Positions 1 through 9,211 of a DNA stretch of 64,000 nucleotides are shown in pieces (position 1 is the stretch's first letter; each line of letters starts with the position of its first letter). The translations under genes and the position numbers were made by a program. Origin of the DNA: Candidatus Brocadiia bacterium (GTDB lineage Bacteria; Planctomycetota; MHYJ01; JACQXL01); NCBI GenBank assembly GCA_041658285.1, contig JBBAAP010000001.1:260916-324915 (forward strand), in the 5' to 3' direction. The notes under the pieces are model-generated. The model saw nothing but the letters and a program-made list of their open reading frames with translations, was not told the origin of the DNA and ran no database searches.

Positions 1-1627
1 GGAAGACCTTAACGATGGTGACGCCAAACATGACAAAGGACAGCCAGCGGACCAGCGCCGATTTCCGGGCGATGCCGATGACCAACAGCGCCAGCGCGTA
101 AACGGCCCATTCGACCGAAAGAGTCCGAAGCATCATCGATTCGGGCAACACCTTGCCGCAATAGCGGTACCAGGCCACGGTCTCCATAGTCATCATCCAG
201 AATCCCAGGCCGACGCTGAGCACCAGCAAGAGCGGCACCATAACATTGCGTTCGGTCCGGGCCGGGGCGCGCCGCATATATATGTAAGCCGCGCCCAGAT
301 ATCCAGCCAGGGCTATAAGGAAGGTGATGAATCGCTCGTTGATGATAGCCATGAAGCCGACGGCGTTGACGTTCATCGATTCGTATCCGGCCAGCCGGAT
401 GAATACCAGGAATACCAGAATCAGGATGCCGCCGACGCGGGTGGCCCAGGAACCGGTCTGGAAGCCTATCCATACCAGGCCGACGGCCTCAACTACCCAG
501 GCGATGGTTATCCATTTGTGCGACAGCTGGATGGGCACGACCAGGGTCAGGAAGGTCAGGGCGATGCCCAACAGAATCAGCACCAGGTATTTGTCCTCTT
601 TATTACGCATCTGGGCCAGACGGCCCAGGCCCATATAAACCCCGGTCATCAGCAGGGTGAATATGCCCATATAGGCCTCGTAATCTGACCAGAGCAGGCC
701 CAGACTGGCGCCGTAATACAGGAACGGCACAAATATCAGCAAGAACAGGTCGCCGAAGCCGGTCTTCTTGCGATTAACGATATTATAGAAGAATGACAGG
801 AAGGCAAATATCAGGAAGAACAGGGACATGAATAACTCGGTCCGGGGCAGTTTCTCAATATGGTAATGCTGGGCGGCCCAGCCGATGAACAGACCGATGG
901 TGAAGAAAAATGCCAGGTAATCCAGAAACTTCCAGCGCTTGAAATAGGCCGTGGCCAGGATGCCGATGTCAAGAATGGCGATGTAGGAAAACAGGGCAAT
1001 CTGGTTATCGATGCCGGTGGAAAGCATTATCGGGGTCAGGAATCCGCCGATAAGAGCCAGCACGGCGATGGGCGCGGCCGAATACCGGACCGACAGGATT
1101 ATGCCTATGAGCGTGACCAGTATCATGAATCCGAAGGCCGGCCTCTGCCCTATCAAGCCGTAGAAGGAGAATGCCGCAAAGACGGACAGGTAAAGTATGG
1201 CCAGCCCGCCGCCCATCAATCCGAAGGCCGGCCCGCGGAACTTGCGTAATACCGCGAAGTGGCCGATGGTTATCAGTCCCAACCCGCCGATGATGCCCAG
1301 TACCACCCGGCCGGTCTCGCCTATCCATTTATTGTCGAAGGCGTATTTGAGGAAGAACCCGGCGCCGATAATCAGGGCGAAGATGCCTATCCAGTTGGCG
1401 TACTTCATTCCGATTTTGGTTTCGATGCTATCGCCGGCCGGCTTGGGCTCGGCTGTAACCGTGGTCGGCTGTGATTCCATAACCTTGGCTACGACCGTTT
1501 CCACTTGGGCTTGTTCCGCCGGCTCAGGCGCTTTTTCGATGCCCAGTTGTTTTTCTATCCGGGCCAGGCGCTCGGCCAGCTCGTCAATCCGATGGGACAG
1601 GTTTTCATCAAAGGGTTTGTCTGCCAT
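1..1627 (-). CDS. DUF2339-like polytopic membrane protein; C-terminal part runs off the window start.
   Basis: I translated the reverse complement by hand from the ATG at 1625-1627 and the frame stays open to position 1. The N-terminal soluble segment (MADKPFDENLSHRIDELAERLARIEKQLGIEKAP...) is followed by many TM helices (ANWIGIFALIIGAGFFLKYAFDNKWIGETGRVVLGIIGGLGL...), which is the DUF2339 architecture. It is absent from the ORF track because the stop codon lies outside the window. Confidence 0.7.
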   Translation of the reverse strand, partial: MADKPFDENLSHRIDELAERLARIEKQLGIEKAPEPAEQAQVETVVAKVMESQPTTVTAEPKPAGDSIETKIGMKYANWIGIFALIIGAGFFLKYAFDNKWIGETGRVVLGIIGGLGLITIGHFAVLRKFRGPAFGLMGGGLAILYLSVFAAFSFYGLIGQRPAFGFMILVTLIGIILSVRYSAAPIAVLALIGGFLTPIMLSTGIDNQIALFSYIAILDIGILATAYFKRWKFLDYLAFFFTIGLFIGWAAQHYHIEKLPRTELFMSLFFLIFAFLSFFYNIVNRKKTGFGDLFLLIFVPFLYYGASLGLLWSDYEAYMGIFTLLMTGVYMGLGRLAQMRNKEDKYLVLILLGIALTFLTLVVPIQLSHKWITIAWVVEAVGLVWIGFQTGSWATRVGGILILVFLVFIRLAGYESMNVNAVGFMAIINERFITFLIALAGYLGAAYIYMRRAPARTERNVMVPLLLVLSVGLGFWMMTMETVAWYRYCGKVLPESMMLRTLSVEWAVYALALLVIGIARKSALVRWLSFVMFGVTIVKVF

Positions 1628-1767
1628 ATGCGGGTAATTTATTACCGAATGAGGTAATTGTCAACGAAATATAACCATATTTGACTGGGATTAAACTTAT
1701 TGTCCCGACGGAATAGTCGGGATAACGTGGCAGATAACTCGCTTCGCTCGAACTGTCACTAACGAGC

Positions 1768-2364
1768 TTATTTAGCGTCTGCAGAACTGCCGCTGATACC
1801 GGCCGAGACGATGAACTTCATCACCTCCGGGCCGTTCTTGTTTATGGGCGTGACCTGGTCTTTGCAGACTATTATCAGGTTGCCGGCGAAGTTATATGCC
1901 TGGGGCACATAGACCGCGACGTGGTCCTTAAGGTCCAACCCTGCCTGTCCCGTTGGGCGGGACGCAGACAGGCCCAGCTCGGCCAGGTCGTCACGGGTGA
2001 TAAAGCCTAATACTCTAACACTTGACTCAGAAGATAAAGATACCAGCACCGGGCGGTCAAACATCTTCTTTTCTCCGGTAAAGGCGCCGGTCAGGTCCTT
2101 GATGGATGTATATATCAGTTTTATCAGTGGGATGTGCTTGAAGGCCCTGTCAATCAGGTTCAATATGCTCCCGGCAAAAATGCCCGAAAGCAAATACCCC
2201 ACCGCCGTGACCAGCAGAATGGTGGCTACAAACCCAACACCGGGCAGAGGGATATGCAAAAGGCCATCAACCCAGTTAAAGACCAGATAGAGCACGTAAA
2301 CCGTAGCGGCTATCGGGACGATGAACAACAGGCCTTTGATAAAGTAACCGAGCATTTTTTTCAT
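1768..2364 (-). CDS. DUF502 family membrane protein
   Basis: 198 aa. The N-terminus (MKKMLGYFIKGLLFIVPIAATVYVLYLVFNWVDGLL) and the IPLIKLIYTSIKD motif are typical of DUF502. Confidence 0.75.
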   Translation of the reverse strand: MKKMLGYFIKGLLFIVPIAATVYVLYLVFNWVDGLLHIPLPGVGFVATILLVTAVGYLLSGIFAGSILNLIDRAFKHIPLIKLIYTSIKDLTGAFTGEKKMFDRPVLVSLSSESSVRVLGFITRDDLAELGLSASRPTGQAGLDLKDHVAVYVPQAYNFAGNLIIVCKDQVTPINKNGPEVMKFIVSAGISGSSADAK

Positions 2365-2444
2365 AGGTTTACCTTTACCACAAAGACACTAAGGACACAA
2401 AGAATAATTTACCTTCGTGCTCTTTGTGCCTTTGTGGTTAATTA

Positions 2445-5105
2445 TTACTCTTTAAGCGCCGCATGCGCCGCCGCCAGCCGGGCGATAGGCACGCGGTAAG
2501 GCGAAGCGCTGACGTAATCCAGTCCGACCTTATGGCAGAAATGGATGGATTGCGGGTCGCCGCCGTGTTCGCCGCATATGCCGATGCGGATGCCCTTACG
2601 GGCTTTGCGGCCCTTGGCCGCGGCCATAGCTATCAACTGGCCGACGCCGTCTTCGTCTATGCTGACGAACGGGTCGTAAGGAAGTATTTTATTGGCTACG
2701 TAGTATTTGATGAACCGGCCGGCGTCGTCGCGCGAGAAACCGAAGGTCATCTGAGTCAGGTCGTTGGTGCCGAACGAAAAGAACTCGGCCTCGAGCGCGA
2801 TTTTCTCGGCCGTCAGCGCCGCCCGGGGGATTTCTATCATCGTTCCGACCTTGTAATGGACCCGGATGCACTGCTCTTTCATTACCTGTTCGGCCACGCG
2901 GACCGCGATGGCCTTCTGGTCCTTGATTTCGTTGACGTGCCCGACTATGGGAATCATTATTTCGGGCTGGACCTTCTTGCCCTTCTTGGCCACGGCGCAG
3001 GCGGCCTCGATAATGGCCCGGACCTGCATCTCGGTTATCTCCGGATAGGTGATGCCCAGCCGGCAGCCACGGTGGCCCATCATAGGGTTGAACTCGGACA
3101 GCTCTTCGACGCGCTTGAGCAGTTTTTCCTTGGCCACGATTTCATCAGGTTCGCGGCTGCCTTCGAACTTGATGGTGGTGATTTCAACCATCAATTCCTC
3201 GCGCTTGGGCAGGAACTCGTGCAACGGCGGGTCTATCATCCGGATGGTCACCGGATAGCCCTTCATTATGTCAAAGAGCCTGAAGAAATCGTCTCTTTGC
3301 AGTGGCAAAAGCTTGTTCAGCGCTTTGCGGCGGAGTTCTTCGGTTTCAGCCAGAATCATTTCCTGGACAATGGGCAGGCGGTCCGGCGCGAAGAACATAT
3401 GTTCGGTTCGGCACAGGCCGATGCCCATGGCGCCGAATTTTATGGCCATATCGGCGTCGCGCGGGATGTCGGCGTTGGCTTCGACGCCCAGCGTGCGGAA
3501 CTTGTCGGCCCAGCTCAGGAGCTTGTTGAAATCCTGGAACATCTTTGATTTCTCAGGCGCCAGAGTCCCCTTGACCACCTGCATTATTTCCGAATCGTTG
3601 GTCTTGATGTCGCCCAGAAACACCTCGCCGGTCGAGCCGTCAATGGATATGAAATCGCCTTCCTTGACGGTAACGTTGCCGGAAGTAAATCTCTTATGCT
3701 TTTCGCTGACCTTGATGACCGAACAACCAACCACGCAGGGCTTGCCCATCTGGCGGCCGACCACGGCGGCGTGCGAGGTCATTCCGCCGGTGGCGGTCAG
3801 AACGCCCCTGGCCTTTATCATGCCCTCGACGTCGTCCGGCGACGTCTCCATCCTGACCAGCACCACCCGCTCGCCTTTCTGCGCCTGGTGCACGGCGTCA
3901 ACGGCGTTGAACACTGCCTTGCCGGAAGCCGCGCCGGGTGAGGCGTTAAGCCCTTTGGCGATGACCTTGGCCTTTTTCCTTGCTTCCAAATCGAATATCG
4001 GATGCAAGACCTGGTTAATCTGGTCCGGTTCTATCCTTAAAACGGCTTCTTTAATACTTATCAATTTTTCCTCGACCATATCCACGGCGATGCGCATGGC
4101 GGCGTAGCCGGTACGCTTGCCGTTCCTGGTCTGGAGCATATAGAGCTTGCCTTTTTCGATGGTGAATTCAAAATCCTGGATGTCACGGTAGTGTTTTTCC
4201 AGGCGGTCGGTGATACCGCGCAGTTGCTTGAAGGCCTCGGGCATTTCGTCAGCCAGCTTGGTAATCGGCTGGGGCGTACGGATGCCGGCCACCACGTCCT
4301 CGCCCTGGGCGTTGGTCAGGTATTCGCCGTAGAACTTTTTCTCTCCGTTAGCCGGATTGCGGGTGAAACCAACGCCGGTGGCGCTGGTCATGCCCAAATT
4401 GCCGAAAACCATGGTCTGGATATTTACGGCCGTGCCGATTTCTTCGGGTATCTTGTACATAGCCCGGTAGGCGTTGGCCCGGGGATTGCGCCAGGAACGG
4501 AATACGGCGTCGCGGGCCATCGACAGCTGGACCAGCGGGTCCTGCGGGAACGGCTTGCCTGAGCGCTCCAGTATCAGTTTCTTAAGCTTGGCAACCTTAT
4601 CTTTATTGCTGCCTTCGGACATACCCAGGTTCTTGGCGTATTCGATTTCTAAAACCACCTCACCGAACATCATCAGCAGGCGGCGGTAGCAGTCATAGGC
4701 AAAATCGGGGTTATTGGTCAGCTTGGCCAGCCCTTCGACGGTCTGGTCGTTCATGCCGACGTTAAGGATGGTGTCCATCATACCGGGCATGGAAAACTTG
4801 GCGCCAGAACGGACCGAAACCAGCAGCGGATTGACCGGGTCGCTGAACTTCTTGCCGGTGGCCGATTCGAGCATCTGGATATATTTAATGTATGTCTTTT
4901 CCAGGGCCGGCGGGAATTTCTGGCCGCTTTCATAATACAAGCGGCAAACTGCGGTGGATATGGTGAATCCCGGAGGAATCGGCACGCCCAACCGGGACAT
5001 CTCGGCTAGGTTAGCGCCCTTGCCGCCCAGGATGTCTTTCATCGCACCCTTGCCTTCGGTCTTCTTACCGCCGAAGAAATACAAATACTTTTTACTGTCA
5101 ACCAT
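2445..5105 (-). CDS. ppdK: Pyruvate, phosphate dikinase
   Basis: 886 aa. It has the PEP-utilizing enzyme phospho-His domain (GGMTSHAAVV), the N-terminal ATP-grasp domain and a C-terminal PEP-binding TIM barrel. The match is full-length and colinear with PPDK. Confidence 0.95.
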   Translation of the reverse strand: MVDSKKYLYFFGGKKTEGKGAMKDILGGKGANLAEMSRLGVPIPPGFTISTAVCRLYYESGQKFPPALEKTYIKYIQMLESATGKKFSDPVNPLLVSVRSGAKFSMPGMMDTILNVGMNDQTVEGLAKLTNNPDFAYDCYRRLLMMFGEVVLEIEYAKNLGMSEGSNKDKVAKLKKLILERSGKPFPQDPLVQLSMARDAVFRSWRNPRANAYRAMYKIPEEIGTAVNIQTMVFGNLGMTSATGVGFTRNPANGEKKFYGEYLTNAQGEDVVAGIRTPQPITKLADEMPEAFKQLRGITDRLEKHYRDIQDFEFTIEKGKLYMLQTRNGKRTGYAAMRIAVDMVEEKLISIKEAVLRIEPDQINQVLHPIFDLEARKKAKVIAKGLNASPGAASGKAVFNAVDAVHQAQKGERVVLVRMETSPDDVEGMIKARGVLTATGGMTSHAAVVGRQMGKPCVVGCSVIKVSEKHKRFTSGNVTVKEGDFISIDGSTGEVFLGDIKTNDSEIMQVVKGTLAPEKSKMFQDFNKLLSWADKFRTLGVEANADIPRDADMAIKFGAMGIGLCRTEHMFFAPDRLPIVQEMILAETEELRRKALNKLLPLQRDDFFRLFDIMKGYPVTIRMIDPPLHEFLPKREELMVEITTIKFEGSREPDEIVAKEKLLKRVEELSEFNPMMGHRGCRLGITYPEITEMQVRAIIEAACAVAKKGKKVQPEIMIPIVGHVNEIKDQKAIAVRVAEQVMKEQCIRVHYKVGTMIEIPRAALTAEKIALEAEFFSFGTNDLTQMTFGFSRDDAGRFIKYYVANKILPYDPFVSIDEDGVGQLIAMAAAKGRKARKGIRIGICGEHGGDPQSIHFCHKVGLDYVSASPYRVPIARLAAAHAALKE

Positions 5106-5147
5106 TTTTTTCTCCTATAGTCTTATTATAAAGTACACAATTAATGC

Positions 5148-5684
5148 TTATTCGCCTTCTTTCGTGGTTGCATTTTTAGTTGGCGGCGGGAACAAGCGGT
5201 CCTCGTCCTCCTGGGGCATTTCCAGTATGCCGGCCAGGGTGAAATCAACCCGCCAGGCCAGCGCCTTGGTCTCAGCCGATGCCGGCTCATACACGAAAGT
5301 AAATGTCTTGGAATATTCCGGATATTTCCAATGCCGCAGAACTACTTTGGCTTTCTGAACGTCTAGTCCAGTCCGACTGTCCTTTTCGTTATAATAATCG
5401 ATTGATTGCGTTTCCCAGTTTATCATCAAACTCCGGATAAGCACTCCGAAAATGGTCCATTTCATCATCATGTTGAAATCGCCGTATTTATAGCGGCTGC
5501 GGGTATTTTCCGACATACAGTAATAAGCCGTGCCGTAGTCTTCCTTTTCCAGGGCATCACGGAATATCTGCAGGTTCTTTTCCGGCGTCTCAATCGGGGC
5601 AATCGGCGGCCGGGGCGGGCAGGAAGCGCCCGGCAGCATAATAAGAAACACCGCGACCAATAATATTATTTGGTAAATTTTCAT
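5148..5684 (-). CDS. Hypothetical secreted protein, probably a lipoprotein
   Basis: The ORF track gives 5148..5735. I prefer the internal Met at 5684 because it starts the signal peptide MKIYQIILLVAVFLIMLPGASC (lipobox-like GASC). The mature part is rich in Trp and Tyr and matches no recognisable family. Confidence 0.5.
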   Translation of the reverse strand: MKIYQIILLVAVFLIMLPGASCPPRPPIAPIETPEKNLQIFRDALEKEDYGTAYYCMSENTRSRYKYGDFNMMMKWTIFGVLIRSLMINWETQSIDYYNEKDSRTGLDVQKAKVVLRHWKYPEYSKTFTFVYEPASAETKALAWRVDFTLAGILEMPQEDEDRLFPPPTKNATTKEGE

Positions 5685-5771
5685 AATTAACTGGCTGATT
5701 GTATAGCCATTAAGCCTGATGTCAAGAGAAATCAATAGGTTTAACTAATAAAGCTATTTATATTCAAATGG

Positions 5772-6641
5772 TTATTTAGATAAAGTCCGCATCGCACGGG
5801 TCAGGTATTTTAAGAGGTCCGAGGCTATCAACGAGTGCTGGCCGAGGTCTTTGGCGGCCAGGTCTCCAGCCTTGCCATGCAGGTAGACAGCCAGCTGGGT
5901 AGCCTGGAAATCGGGCAGCTTCTGGCCAAGTAAACCGGCGATGATTCCGGTCAGGACATCGCCCGAACCGGCCGTAGCCATGCCCGGGTTGCCGGTATCA
6001 TTAATGTAAATACGCTTGCCGTCGGTGACTATGGTCTGATAGCCCTTGAGGGCTATGATAATGCGGTGTTTCTTAGCGGTTTCTACGGATACTTTTTGGC
6101 GGTTGTGCTGGACATAAGCGCCGGACTTATTAATCAGACGGGCCATTTCGCCGGCGTGCGGAGTTAGAATAATGGAATTAGCTATGGACTTGACCATCCT
6201 GGGAATATATTCAGCATCGGATATGGCGTTAAGACCGTCGGCGTCAATCACTACTGGTTTCCGGCAGGCCAGCAGGAAATCCTGAACCAGCTTGATGGTC
6301 TCGTTGTTGCGCGATATGCCCGGACCGACCACGACAACATCAATATCCCTAGCCAGAGAAACCAGGCGCTCTTTGGCTTTATAAGCAAAGGTGCCGTCGT
6401 AGGTCTCGGGCATCGGAAAGGTAATAACCTCGGTCAGTTTGGAAGCCAGGATAGGCTGCTGTGATTTAGGCACGGCCAGGTAGACCAGCCCGGCGCCGGA
6501 CCTCAAAGCACCCATAGAACAGAGGTAGGCCGCGCCGGACATACCGGTAGAACCGGCCACCATCAGTATCTTGCCGTTATCGCCCTTATGGCAGTCGGGC
6601 CGACGGCAAGGCATTTCGGGTAATGTATCTATCAGTTTCAT
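5772..6641 (-). CDS. nnrD: ADP-dependent NAD(P)H-hydrate dehydratase (YjeF C-terminal domain family)
   Basis: 289 aa. It carries HKGDNGKILMVAGS and the GSGDVLTG ribokinase-like motifs typical of YjeF-C / Nnr2. Confidence 0.85.
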   Translation of the reverse strand: MKLIDTLPEMPCRRPDCHKGDNGKILMVAGSTGMSGAAYLCSMGALRSGAGLVYLAVPKSQQPILASKLTEVITFPMPETYDGTFAYKAKERLVSLARDIDVVVVGPGISRNNETIKLVQDFLLACRKPVVIDADGLNAISDAEYIPRMVKSIANSIILTPHAGEMARLINKSGAYVQHNRQKVSVETAKKHRIIIALKGYQTIVTDGKRIYINDTGNPGMATAGSGDVLTGIIAGLLGQKLPDFQATQLAVYLHGKAGDLAAKDLGQHSLIASDLLKYLTRAMRTLSK

Positions 6642-6733
6642 ATTTTTTATTATACGTATTCTATATTTTGCATTTGGAAAATCAACTTTTTATTGACATT
6701 AATGCAAATATGCTATAAATGGGAACTTAAATT

Positions 6734-7165
6734 ATGGCAATGAAACTTCCAGGTAAAAGCCGTATATCAGCGGCCGCTCATAAGGCGCCAGAGGTAAAAA
6801 AGGCACCGGAGCCCGCGGCACCGCCCTCACCGTCCGCCTATCCGATGAAGACGGCCATAACCTTCGGCGTGCTCCATGTAATATTCGCTTTATCTGTCAC
6901 CGTCTGGAACTTTAACCTGAGCATTTTGCAACCCAACAGCGCCGATTGGATTATCAGATTACTGGAAATCCCGGGCGCCCTGTTTGTCAGCCTGATCGGA
7001 CAGGCCGATAATGTCAACTCATTCCTGCCCTATCTTATTGTTTACCTCATCAATACACTTATCTATGCTGCCATAGGCTATGGCGTCGGCATCCTTATAA
7101 TAAAATATAAGATAGACGAGGAATTAAAAACCATCCTCCATCTGGAGGAAGAAGCATATCAATAG
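6734..7165 (+). CDS. Hypothetical small membrane protein
   Basis: 143 aa with a Pro/Ala-rich N-terminus followed by 3 predicted TM helices. A possible TTGACA...TATAAAT promoter lies at 6693-6719. Confidence 0.5.
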   Translation: MAMKLPGKSRISAAAHKAPEVKKAPEPAAPPSPSAYPMKTAITFGVLHVIFALSVTVWNFNLSILQPNSADWIIRLLEIPGALFVSLIGQADNVNSFLPYLIVYLINTLIYAAIGYGVGILIIKYKIDEELKTILHLEEEAYQ

Positions 7166-7213
7166 TTCCGGATTGCATCCGCTGATAATATTTTTACTGA
7201 AAGGAGAATTTAT

Positions 7214-8269
7214 ATGTTCAAAAGATTAACCATAGCAACCGTAATAGCCGTACTCATCGGAGGATTTTATATGAATATCCACAGCGAAGAAAACGATAAC
7301 GCTAATATCAAAACAACAACACCGGTTCTTAAAGTATCCATAGAAATTCCCAAGAGTATGGTCAATCTGGGCGAAAATGTTGACATAAACTTTACTTTGG
7401 CCAACCTTTCCCAGCAAAAGACCGATGTTATCAAGCCGATATTGGATGTTGACTCGGTTTCGTTCGAACTATCCCATACGCCGGACCAGGGTAAACCGTA
7501 CAGCTTCACTTATACCATTATAAATCCTTCTGTTTACGAGCATTCCCGCGATAAGATGGAAAAAATAACTCTGGATAAGTTCGGGCTGCCCGGCAGCACA
7601 AATAAGATAACATTTTCCATTCCGGCCATAAAACAGGGGCGATGGACAGCCAAAGCTTTTTATAAAGGCGGGCCTAACACTGTCAACTCAGAGGTAGCCT
7701 CATTCGCATCCCTGCCGCCGGCCCAGGATGCGGCCAAGGCCGGTATGAAATCAAACAACAACGAAGTGACCGCTACTATCGAAACCAACAAAGGCAATAT
7801 GACCCTTCGTTTCTTCCCTGAGGACGCGCCGAACCATGTAATAAATTTCATCCAACTGGCCAGGAAGGGCTTCTATAATAACCTGATTTTCCACCGGGTC
7901 ATCAAGGATTTTATGATTCAGGGCGGCTGTCCGGAAAAAACCGGCCGGGGCGGTCCGGGATATAATGTAAAAGGCGAATTTAACCAGCGTCAGCATCTCA
8001 AGGGAACGCTTTCAATGGCCAGAAGTAAGAGCAACGACAGCGGCGGCAGTCAGTTTTTCATCTGTCTGGAAGCAAGACCTGACTTGGATAGAAATTACAC
8101 CGTATTCGGCGAGATACTGGAAGGCATCAACGTGCTGGAAACCATCGGAAATGCCCCGACCAGCGGATCACAGGGTAAAACGCCAGACCGGCCGCTGGAA
8201 GATATGGTAATCAAGAATGTTACCGTCCAGACCAGGCCGGTGGTTGAACCAGCGCCATCCGGCAAATAA
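7214..8269 (+). CDS. Peptidyl-prolyl cis-trans isomerase, cyclophilin type, with an N-terminal beta-rich extension
   Basis: The C-terminal 170 aa is a cyclophilin fold (FHRVIKDFMIQGGCP, GTLSMARSKSNDSGGSQFFI). A strong SD (AAAGGAG) precedes the ATG, and the N-terminus is a signal/TM segment. Confidence 0.9.
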   Translation: MFKRLTIATVIAVLIGGFYMNIHSEENDNANIKTTTPVLKVSIEIPKSMVNLGENVDINFTLANLSQQKTDVIKPILDVDSVSFELSHTPDQGKPYSFTYTIINPSVYEHSRDKMEKITLDKFGLPGSTNKITFSIPAIKQGRWTAKAFYKGGPNTVNSEVASFASLPPAQDAAKAGMKSNNNEVTATIETNKGNMTLRFFPEDAPNHVINFIQLARKGFYNNLIFHRVIKDFMIQGGCPEKTGRGGPGYNVKGEFNQRQHLKGTLSMARSKSNDSGGSQFFICLEARPDLDRNYTVFGEILEGINVLETIGNAPTSGSQGKTPDRPLEDMVIKNVTVQTRPVVEPAPSGK

Positions 8270-8368
8270 ACAGGTCCCTCTCTTTGCGCCTGCTTGTATA
8301 ATAAACTCTGCGGCAGTCTGGGAATTTTTCTTGACAGAATGCCTGATTTTGATTACTATAACGTGTCT

Positions 8369-9184
8369 ATGAAAGTCACTTTTCTTGGTTCCGGAACAGG
8401 GATACCTTATACTCGGCGTGCTTCGCCCGGGATACTGGTTGAGTCAGGTAACATCCGTTTGCTTATGGACTCCGGCCCCGGCGCCTTAAGGCAGCTGGCT
8501 CAGCTGGGCATCAATTCACATCAGATTAGCCACCTGCTTTATACCCATTTTCACCCGGACCATACCAGCGACCTGATTACGTTCCTGTTCACAGCCCGTT
8601 ACCAGATAACATCGCCCTTAAAAAACGGTCTGACCCGAGCAACACAAAAGTTCATTAATAGCCATAAAACCGGATTTCGAACCGCCCCGCTGACAATCAT
8701 CGCGCCTAAGGGATTGAATAAATTCTACCGGAATATCCTTAACCTCTATTATAAGTGGATCGTACCCACTACCTATAAATTGACACTTAAAGAAGTACTG
8801 GAAAGTTCCTTCAAAGTCGGCAATCTCAATATCAAATCATCTGAGATGAAGCACGAAAAGTACAGCGTAGGTTATCGGCTGACAACTCCTGGCGGAAAAA
8901 GCCTGGTTTATTCAGGCGATACTGAATACTGCCCGAACATCGTACGGCTGGCCAAGAACTCCGATGTTCTGGTCTTAGAGGCCTCGGCTCCGGATGAAGT
9001 AGCTATGCCCTACCATCTCAGACCGCTGACCTCGGCCCGGATAGCATCCGAAGTAAACCCGAGAAAGCTTATTCTGACCCATCTTTATCCGGTCTGCGAC
9101 GAACATAACATTACCAATCAGGTGCATAGTCATTGGCCCGGCAAAGTGGAAACAGCATTGGATTTCAAGAGTTTTAAACTGTAA
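8369..9184 (+). CDS. MBL-fold metallo-hydrolase (RNase Z-like)
   Basis: It has the HxHxDH motif (HFHPDHTSDL). The tracked ORF begins at TTG 8294; the in-frame ATG at 8369 (MKVTFLGSGTG) matches the canonical MBL N-terminus. Confidence 0.75.
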   Translation: MKVTFLGSGTGIPYTRRASPGILVESGNIRLLMDSGPGALRQLAQLGINSHQISHLLYTHFHPDHTSDLITFLFTARYQITSPLKNGLTRATQKFINSHKTGFRTAPLTIIAPKGLNKFYRNILNLYYKWIVPTTYKLTLKEVLESSFKVGNLNIKSSEMKHEKYSVGYRLTTPGGKSLVYSGDTEYCPNIVRLAKNSDVLVLEASAPDEVAMPYHLRPLTSARIASEVNPRKLILTHLYPVCDEHNITNQVHSHWPGKVETALDFKSFKL

Positions 9185-9211
9185 TATTTTATATTAATAG
9201 GAGGAATCAAC

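Noticed and set aside
2463-3548. 361-aa plus-strand ORF inside ppdK, plus other long antisense ORFs (for example 46657..47514 minus within floA, 47668..48363 minus within dacB, 9298..9786 minus within groEL1)
   Set aside because: These are antisense to strongly supported conserved genes. Their composition is Ala/Arg/Gly-rich, which is typical of high-GC antisense frames, and no RBS is present.
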